14,801 bases of DNA from Candidatus Ratteibacteria bacterium (GTDB lineage: Bacteria > Ratteibacteria > UBA8468 > B48-G9 > DTJG01), in assembly GCA_049971295.1 (NCBI GenBank), contig JBMFLH010000048.1, forward strand, positions 1 through 14,801, in the 5' to 3' direction. Shown here one piece after another: positions 8,501-14,801 of this stretch (the first letter of the stretch is position 1; each line of letters opens with the position of its first letter). A program made the position numbers and the translations under genes. Below the pieces are notes generated by a model, which worked only from the letters and a program-made list of their open reading frames with translations, was not told the origin of the DNA and searched no databases.

Positions 8501-8982
8501 AGTTTGTTCCAGTTTTTTATAGTTTCAATAAATTCATTGAAACCAGGGTAGATTTCGCTTTTCATCTGGCGGCTGGTCACTGAAAATGTAGCCACTGGCT
8601 TTTTGTCACACAGAACTTCCATTTCAATCAATGTCCTTTCAATACCTGTGCCGCCTGTTGTACAGAAAAATGCAACATTTTTGAATCTGTCTTTATATTT
8701 TGAAATGTATGTTCTGACAGCAGGCGTCATGTTTGCTGCCCACACAGGAGTTCCGATTACTATGATGTCATAATTTGATGGATCTTTTTCAATGGTATTT
8801 ATTTCAGTGAGATTGCGTCTCATGGCATCTTTGCCGCCTGACATAAAACCCCTGGCACCTGAGCGGTCCTTTTTATCAATAATTTCTTCAACATCACAGG
8901 AAAGAAAATTTGCTATTTGTTGAGCAATTTTTTTCGTTGTTCCTGTTCTTGAATAAAAAACGACCAGAATTTTTTTATCCAT
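8497..8982 (-). CDS. Flavodoxin family protein (161 aa)
   Basis: KILVVFYSRTGTT (FMN phosphate loop), YDIIVIGTPVWA, VAFFCTTGG. Start placed at ATG 8982 (MDKKIL) because of the GGAG SD at 8987-8990; the ORF-track start at 9015 lies deeper in the upstream gene. Confidence 0.88.
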   Translation of the reverse strand: MDKKILVVFYSRTGTTKKIAQQIANFLSCDVEEIIDKKDRSGARGFMSGGKDAMRRNLTEINTIEKDPSNYDIIVIGTPVWAANMTPAVRTYISKYKDRFKNVAFFCTTGGTGIERTLIEMEVLCDKKPVATFSVTSRQMKSEIYPGFNEFIETIKNWNKL

Positions 8983-9376
8983 TTTTCTCCTCCACAAGCC
9001 ACTTTCTAACAACATCAGGAATTCTTATTGGCTTTAACTGTGTATTAACACAAACAATAGTGATTCTACCATCGCAGCATACGATATTATCTTTTATCAC
9101 CCTTTGAATAAAAACTATTGAAGAATTCCCCACCTGTTCCACATCAGTTATCACGTCTATGACATCCTTATATCTTACTGGTTTTTTATACTCAATTTCT
9201 GCTTTTGCGACGACAAACGCAATGTTCTCTTCAAGCAATTTTTCTGTACGAATACCTTTTTCTTCAAGACATTGGGTTCTGCCTTCTTCAAAAAATTTCA
9301 GGTAATTGGCGTAGTAAACTACTCCACCAGCATCTGTATCATGATAATAAATTTTTTTTGTAATCACATTTGCCAT
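8975..9376 (-). CDS. YbgC/FadM-family acyl-CoA thioesterase (hotdog fold, 133 aa)
   Basis: Signature YYHDTDAGGVVYYANYLKFFEEGRT, IEYKKPVRYKD and C-terminal KPIRIP. Confidence 0.9.
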   Translation of the reverse strand: MANVITKKIYYHDTDAGGVVYYANYLKFFEEGRTQCLEEKGIRTEKLLEENIAFVVAKAEIEYKKPVRYKDVIDVITDVEQVGNSSIVFIQRVIKDNIVCCDGRITIVCVNTQLKPIRIPDVVRKWLVEEKNG

Positions 9377-9465
9377 TTTTTTCTTCCCAAAATTTTTTCA
9401 ACAGGCAAAAGTATTATACAATAACATGTGAAAATTCGTATTTTTAATTGTCCAGGGAGGCGCAG
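9377..9465. promoter_or_regulatory. Divergent promoter region with overlapping candidate -10 boxes
   Basis: Only non-coding gap between the divergent blocks. TATAAT on the minus strand (9413-9418) and TACAAT on the plus strand (9417-9422). The -35 matches are weak. GGAGG SD at 9456-9460. Confidence 0.5.
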
Positions 9466-10458
9466 ATGAAAGAGATAAAAATTGGATTTATCGGATGTGG
9501 TGAACATTCATATGCACATTTAAGAAATTTACAAAAAATGGATGGAGTGAAAGTTGCTGGTGCTTTTGACCCAAGAAAAGAAAGTGTTGAAAAGTTTCTG
9601 AAAGAGGCAGGAGATGTTCAGGTATTTAAAAGCGATAAAGAACTTATTGAAAAAGGAAATTTTGATGCAGTGGTGATAAATTCTCCACATACCTGTCATT
9701 TCCCTCAAATCATGATGAGTTTGAAAAATGGCTTGCATGTCCTGGTGGAGAAACCAGCAGTGGTAAACTACAAAGAGTCGCAGGAAGTAAAAAAACTTTT
9801 GAAGAAAACAAAAAGAATTTTTGTTGTTGGCTATCAGAGGCACTACATGGAAACATTTCTTTCTGCAAAAAAAATTCTTGAAGAGAAAAAACTCGGGAAA
9901 ATTGTTTTTGTTTCAGGTTATCTTGCCCAGGACTGGATTAACATTGTGAAAAACACAGGCAGAACATGGAGATTTGATCCAAAATTTTCAGGAGGTGGAC
10001 AACTGACAGATTCTGGCAGCCATTTCGTCGCAATGCTGTTTTATCTTACAGGGCTGACACCGGCGAAAGTGGCAAGTTTCATTGATTATCATGGAATGAA
10101 AGTGGATATTAATACGGCATTCATTGTGCAATTTAAAGAAAAAACAATTGGAAGTTTTGGTATCCTCGGCATTGACCCATCATTCAGAGAAGCGCTTTTA
10201 ATATGGGGAGAAAAAGGAATAATAAAATTAAGCGCATTTGGAGAAAATTGTTATGTTCATTATTATGGAGAACAGGAGCCACAGAAACTTCCTGAATCTG
10301 TCAGTAATGTCAAATCACCGGCTCAGGACCTGATTGAATGTATCAAAGAAAACAAACAACCACAGACACCGTTTTCTGTCATAGAAAAGGTTGCTCTTCT
10401 TTCTGATAAGATTTACCAATCGTTCAAAAAAGGAAAAATTGTAAAAGCATTTGCCTGA
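9466..10458 (+). CDS. Gfo/Idh/MocA family NAD(P)-dependent oxidoreductase (330 aa)
   Basis: KIGFIGCG, DAVVINSPHTCH, HVLVEKP, VGYQRH and GGGQLTDSGSH (DxxxH). ATG 9466 lies 5 nt after GGAGG and is preferred over TTG 9448. Confidence 0.92.
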   Translation: MKEIKIGFIGCGEHSYAHLRNLQKMDGVKVAGAFDPRKESVEKFLKEAGDVQVFKSDKELIEKGNFDAVVINSPHTCHFPQIMMSLKNGLHVLVEKPAVVNYKESQEVKKLLKKTKRIFVVGYQRHYMETFLSAKKILEEKKLGKIVFVSGYLAQDWINIVKNTGRTWRFDPKFSGGGQLTDSGSHFVAMLFYLTGLTPAKVASFIDYHGMKVDINTAFIVQFKEKTIGSFGILGIDPSFREALLIWGEKGIIKLSAFGENCYVHYYGEQEPQKLPESVSNVKSPAQDLIECIKENKQPQTPFSVIEKVALLSDKIYQSFKKGKIVKAFA

Positions 10459-10471
10459 TTGACATTTTTCG

Positions 10472-11599
10472 ATGAAAAGCAACTCAAAAATTGCTATCGT
10501 ATCAGGAGAAACATCTGGCGACCAGTACGCTGCGCTTCTTGCATGCAGTTTGAAGAAAATTGTTCCAGACGCTGAAATCATTGGCGTCGGTGGATCGAAA
10601 TTGCGAACATCGGAAATCAGGCCTATCGCTGAGCATCCCCTTTCAGGAACTTTTGGTTTTAGCGGTGTCATGAAAACCATCTATCAACAGGCAAAATTCC
10701 TCAGCACATGTACCAGAGCATTTAAAAAAGAGAAACCAGATTTGGTTGTATTCATTGATAACCCTGGATTCAATCTTGCCCTTGCAAAGAATTTATATGA
10801 TGTTAAGAAAATTTACTATATCCCACCAAAAATATGGGCTCATAATTACCAGAGGATATTTTTAATCAAACATCTTTTTGAAGCAGTGGTGGTTATTTTT
10901 CCCTTTGAAAAACCTATCTTTGAGAAAGAAAATATTCCAGCATATTATTTTGGACATCCGGTTATGGATTTGATTTCTAATGCAGGAATAGATGATAAGG
11001 AATTTTTAAAACAAACAGATATTACTGAAAAAGAGTGTATCATCGGACTTTTCCCTGGAAGCCGTCAGGAAGAAATAAAATACATTCTTCCACTACTCAT
11101 CAGGGCAGGAAAAATAATTCTGAAAAAATATCAGGTATCTTTTGTTATTTCGTGCGCAGAGGAAAAATTGTACCAGACGCAAAAGAAAATACTCAAACGG
11201 GAAAACATAAACTGGCCAATATGGAGAGGTTCTCCTCATACCCTGGCAAGAAATTCAAAAGTTGCTCTTGCCGCAAGTGGCACAATCAATCTTGAAATTG
11301 CTCTTTGTGATACGCCAATGATTGTCTTTTATAAAATGGGACGGTTGAATTACGCAATTGCCAGAATTATAGTCCAATCAAAATATATAAGTCCTGTGAA
11401 CATTGTTTTTGGCAGAAAGGTTGTGGATGAATTCATTCAAAACATCAACTGGCCTAGATTTCAGAGAGTTTTTTCAAATATTTTTGAAGGTAAAGAACAA
11501 AGGGAAGAACAAATTCAACGGTTTCGTCACTTAAAATCAGTACTTGGAGAAGGAAATATCAGTGCAAAAGTGGCAAATTTTATAGTGAAATGTTTATGA
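10472..11599 (+). CDS. lpxB: Lipid-A-disaccharide synthase
   Basis: IVSGETSGD, KPDLVVFIDNPGFN, YYIPPKIWA, IFPFE, YFGHP, GLFPGSRQEEI, ASGTINLE and PMIVFYK match LpxB (GT19) motifs. Confidence 0.93.
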   Translation: MKSNSKIAIVSGETSGDQYAALLACSLKKIVPDAEIIGVGGSKLRTSEIRPIAEHPLSGTFGFSGVMKTIYQQAKFLSTCTRAFKKEKPDLVVFIDNPGFNLALAKNLYDVKKIYYIPPKIWAHNYQRIFLIKHLFEAVVVIFPFEKPIFEKENIPAYYFGHPVMDLISNAGIDDKEFLKQTDITEKECIIGLFPGSRQEEIKYILPLLIRAGKIILKKYQVSFVISCAEEKLYQTQKKILKRENINWPIWRGSPHTLARNSKVALAASGTINLEIALCDTPMIVFYKMGRLNYAIARIIVQSKYISPVNIVFGRKVVDEFIQNINWPRFQRVFSNIFEGKEQREEQIQRFRHLKSVLGEGNISAKVANFIVKCL

Positions 11600-13395
11600 A
11601 AATATTGAAAGAATATCTCAAACTGAGAAATTTCGTTAATATCCGTTACAAGAATTTCTGGCTCGGACTTCTGTTAAGTATGTTTTCCACGCTTTTCAAC
11701 GGTGCTTCCATCAGTGCGATCGTACCTCTTGTGGACAGGGTTTTTGCCCGCAAACCAATCATACTTCCAGAAAGCATGCCTGACATCCCTTTTTTGAAAC
11801 ACCTGATAGAAATTATGAATTCCATGGAACCAATGAAGTTATTGGGATTAGCCATAGGATTTTTGATTTTTATGGTAATAGGAAAAGGAATCACATTTTA
11901 CTTGCAAAATTACTTTTTAAGAAGTTTTGGCACAAGGATTCTTGCAGACATCAGGTTGCGCCTCTATGAAAAAATTCAATATCTTTCCATGGAATTTTTT
12001 GCAAGAAAAAAAACAGGGGAACTTACATCAAGAATTCTTGTTGATATCAGCATGATGGACACAGCAGTTTCACGAGAAATCCCTCTTCTTGTTCTGAACA
12101 TATTTCAGGCAATTGTGTTTCTTGTTATTGTACTTGCGATAGATTGGAAATTAACACTCGTTTCCCTTTTCATTTTTCCTGTGATGCTACTACCGATTTT
12201 GAACCTCAGCAAAAAATTGAGAAAAATTTCAAGGACACTTCAGACAAACTGGGCAAATTTGGGAAACATTATTCAGGAAAGCATCTATGGACAATCAATT
12301 ATTAAAGCATACAATCAGGAAAAAAAAGTCATAGAAAAATTTTCAAAGGAAAACGAGGCAATATTTCGTTCAAATCTTTCAATCATAAAAAGAACATCGC
12401 TTGTCAGTCCATTCTCAGAACTTCTTACAACAATAGGTGGAGCCATCATTATTTCAATGGGTGTTGCGAAGGTAATGAACAATGAATTTTCCTCAGGGTT
12501 TCTGTTTATGTTTATTGCTGGACTTGTGTCCTTGATTGGTCCTGCAAAAGCCATCATGAACTCCATTACCTATATCTATATGGCAAGCGCAACACTTCCA
12601 AGGATTTACAGTATTTTTGAAGAAAAACAAACAATTATTGATTCTGGGACGTTACAATGTCCTGAATTAAAATCAGAAATCAAATTTGTCAATGTTTCTT
12701 TTGATTATGGAGGAAGTCCTGTTTTGAAAAACATCAACCTTGAAATACGCAGCGGCGAAAAAATTGGGATTGTCGGTCCAATTGGTGTTGGCAAAAGTTC
12801 CCTGATTTGCCTGCTTTTGCGGCTTTATGAACCGAAAAAAGGTTTGATTCTTTATGATGGCATAGACATCAGAAAATTTACCCTGAAAAGTTTGAGAGAA
12901 AAAATCGGTTTTGTATCGCAGGAACCCATCATATTTTCTGACACGATAAGAAACAACATATGCTTTGGAAGCGAAAACATTACTGAAGAACAATTTCAAA
13001 ATGCCGTAAACATTGCAAGGGTTTCCAGTTTTGTTGAGAGATTAAAAGACGGATATGAAACAGTCGTGGGAGAAAGGGGGCATACTCTTTCAGGAGGTCA
13101 GAAACAGCTGATATGTCTGGCAAGGGCTATTCTGAAAAATCCGCCAATTCTTTTATTTGATGAGATTACTGCTTCTCTTGATAGTCAGTCAGAAAAAATT
13201 CTTCACGATGCACTTGAAAGTGTAATGCAAAATCGCACGGTTGTTTTTGTTGCTCATAGGCTTGCAACAGTAAAAAACATGGATAAGATTGTTGTGCTAA
13301 AAGATGGATGTATTGAGGAAACAGGTACCCACACCGAACTGATAGAAAAAAATGGCTTCTATGCAAAATTGTGGACGTTTCAGCATCATAGGTAA
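11596..13395 (+). CDS. msbA: ABC exporter half-transporter (TMD+NBD), probable lipid A-core flippase MsbA
   Basis: N-terminal transmembrane domain with TGELTSRI. NBD has Walker A GPIGVGKS, Q-loop VSQEP, signature LSGGQ, Walker B ILLFDE, D-loop SLD and H-loop AHR. ATG 11596 overlaps the lpxB stop (ATGA); alternative start at 11590. The msbA name rests on family plus linkage to lpxB. Confidence 0.78.
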   Translation: MKILKEYLKLRNFVNIRYKNFWLGLLLSMFSTLFNGASISAIVPLVDRVFARKPIILPESMPDIPFLKHLIEIMNSMEPMKLLGLAIGFLIFMVIGKGITFYLQNYFLRSFGTRILADIRLRLYEKIQYLSMEFFARKKTGELTSRILVDISMMDTAVSREIPLLVLNIFQAIVFLVIVLAIDWKLTLVSLFIFPVMLLPILNLSKKLRKISRTLQTNWANLGNIIQESIYGQSIIKAYNQEKKVIEKFSKENEAIFRSNLSIIKRTSLVSPFSELLTTIGGAIIISMGVAKVMNNEFSSGFLFMFIAGLVSLIGPAKAIMNSITYIYMASATLPRIYSIFEEKQTIIDSGTLQCPELKSEIKFVNVSFDYGGSPVLKNINLEIRSGEKIGIVGPIGVGKSSLICLLLRLYEPKKGLILYDGIDIRKFTLKSLREKIGFVSQEPIIFSDTIRNNICFGSENITEEQFQNAVNIARVSSFVERLKDGYETVVGERGHTLSGGQKQLICLARAILKNPPILLFDEITASLDSQSEKILHDALESVMQNRTVVFVAHRLATVKNMDKIVVLKDGCIEETGTHTELIEKNGFYAKLWTFQHHR

Positions 13396-13399
13396 TTAG

Positions 13400-14062
13400 T
13401 TATTTCTGTCCATATCCTTTGCCATGGTATCTTTCATACCACTTTTTAATTTCAGAAACAGGCAAGGGTCTAATTTTTTTACCTGTGCTGTTTGCCAGGA
13501 TTATCGCAAGCAGATTAATCTTTGAAAAGTACTCAGTCATCTGCGCAGCAAAGAGTGCTTTTTCAGGCGTTGAATCAAATGTAAAAACACCGTGTTTCCC
13601 AAGAATAATCGCAGGACATCCATGTTTCCTATATTTTAGAATCACTTTTCCAATATTGTTTGACTTATTGTCGGCGTATTCTGTCACCGGGATTTCGCTT
13701 CCAAACACATCTGCCTGGCCAGTGGTAAAACATGGCACGCAAATTCCAGCAGCAGCAAAAACAGTGGCATAAACACTGTGGGTATGAACAACCCCGCCAA
13801 TTTCAGGCATGTTCCGGTAAATAAACGCGTGATGGACCCAGTCAACTGATGGTTTGAGTGTCCCCTCAATCACATTTCCGTCAAGGTCTATTCCCACGAT
13901 GTCTGAAATTTTCATTTTTTCATATGGAACACCACTGGGTTTGATATAAATAATATTTCTTTTTCTATCTATACCGCTAACATTGCCTTGTGTTCCTGTC
14001 ACAAGGTTATATTCCGGCAAAAGAACATTTGCCTGATAAACTCGTTTTTTCAGCTGATTCAT
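13400..14062 (-). CDS. araD: L-ribulose-5-phosphate 4-epimerase (class II aldolase superfamily, 220 aa)
   Basis: VYQANVLLP, GNVSG, IKPSGV, KPSVD (Asp as in AraD, rather than the Glu of FucA), HTHS, KHG and C-terminal HGKGYGQK resembling the AraD tail with its catalytic Tyr. Confidence 0.82.
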   Translation of the reverse strand: MNQLKKRVYQANVLLPEYNLVTGTQGNVSGIDRKRNIIYIKPSGVPYEKMKISDIVGIDLDGNVIEGTLKPSVDWVHHAFIYRNMPEIGGVVHTHSVYATVFAAAGICVPCFTTGQADVFGSEIPVTEYADNKSNNIGKVILKYRKHGCPAIILGKHGVFTFDSTPEKALFAAQMTEYFSKINLLAIILANSTGKKIRPLPVSEIKKWYERYHGKGYGQK

Positions 14063-14801
14063 AGGTGCTCCCTGATAATGCCTTCTTGAAGTTTGAGATA
14101 CTCAATAGCAAAAGCAAGTTCTTTATCCAGAATGTCAGCAGGAATTTTTCCTTTTCTTGCATCATATGGCGAGGCACCCTTTGGCAAAGGTTCAAGGGAC
14201 ACGACACCAGTATAATCAATATCATACAAACTTCTCAGTATTTTTCTCCAATCCATGGTACCCCTCCCTGGTGCCTGCCTGGTATTATCTGCTGCATGCA
14301 TATGGTATAACCATTGTCTGCCTGCACGTCTGATTGCTTCTGGAATGCCGTCTGGTTCTTCAATCTGCATATGAAATGTATCTCCCATGATTTTGACAAA
14401 AGGATTGTCAATTTTCTTTGCCATTGTCATTGCTTCGCTGATGCTGTTAATCAATCCCACTTCGTACCTGTTAATTGGTTCTATGGTAAGATAAATTTTT
14501 TTGTTTTCTGCGTATTGCGCTGCTTCTGCTATAGAATTCACTGTGGTTTCAAAATCAATTTCTTTTGAAACAAAAAGTTCAGGAATTCCTACCAGCCCCG
14601 GAACAACAAGCACACTTCTGGCACCCACTACAACAGCCAGGTCAACACAACGTTTAATATATTCAATCGCTTTTTTTCTCTCTTTTTCTTCTGGATGGGC
14701 AAGCGCTCTTAAATCATCCTTTTCAGGACCTGGAAACATTCCACAGATTGAACATATTTTCAATCCATAATCAGAAGCAAGTTTCACGATACTCTTCCCA
14801 T
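14059..14801 (-). CDS. Sugar (phosphate) isomerase/epimerase TIM barrel, D-tagatose/D-psicose/L-ribulose 3-epimerase family; 5'-truncated by the window
   Basis: Metal/catalytic set IEPINRYE, GDTFHMQIEE, HMHAADNTRQAPGRG and VSLEP. The frame stays open from GTG 14787 to the window edge, so the true start is probably outside. Stop overlaps the araD ATG (ATGA). Confidence 0.87.
   Translation of the reverse strand, partial: GKSIVKLASDYGLKICSICGMFPGPEKDDLRALAHPEEKERKKAIEYIKRCVDLAVVVGARSVLVVPGLVGIPELFVSKEIDFETTVNSIAEAAQYAENKKIYLTIEPINRYEVGLINSISEAMTMAKKIDNPFVKIMGDTFHMQIEEPDGIPEAIRRAGRQWLYHMHAADNTRQAPGRGTMDWRKILRSLYDIDYTGVVSLEPLPKGASPYDARKGKIPADILDKELAFAIEYLKLQEGIIREHL

Noticed and set aside
9352..9359. 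8-nt homopolymer near the start of the first operon gene (similar runs at 2325-2332 and 12320-12327) as phase-variation sites
   Set aside because: All frames are intact, and A/T runs of this length are expected in AT-rich, Lys/Phe-rich coding DNA.
257..14770. Numerous short (60-121 aa) antisense or alternative-frame ORFs in the ORF track
   Set aside because: They lie within or across well-supported genes and have no recognisable motifs; they are consistent with shadow ORFs.
1..14801. CRISPR array, tRNA/rRNA, IS element or prophage
   Set aside because: I saw no regularly spaced DNA repeats, RNA gene signatures, or transposase, integrase or phage ORFs. Nearly all the sequence is accounted for by CDSs.

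Overview
AT-rich, gene-dense chromosomal segment from a diderm (lipid A-making) bacterium with 12 plausible CDSs in three blocks. (1) A ~9.2 kb minus-strand run (9376->201), almost entirely translationally coupled: YbgC-type thioesterase, flavodoxin, secreted 7-bladed beta-propeller protein, a ~1346-aa secreted multidomain protein with a clan GH-A-like glycoside hydrolase core, a beta-CASP metallo-beta-lactamase RNase, a UDP-glucuronate 4-epimerase-like SDR and an SGNH esterase. (2) A divergent plus-strand block: Gfo/Idh/MocA oxidoreductase, lpxB and an msbA-like ABC exporter. (3) A convergent minus-strand pair: a 5'-truncated D-tagatose/D-psicose/L-ribulose 3-epimerase-family gene and araD. 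I see no rRNA, tRNA, CRISPR array or mobile element. The best novelty candidate is the giant glycoside-hydrolase-like protein (non-canonical FPEP acid/base motif) with its coupled propeller partner. All assignments come from motif recognition by eye; no searches were run.
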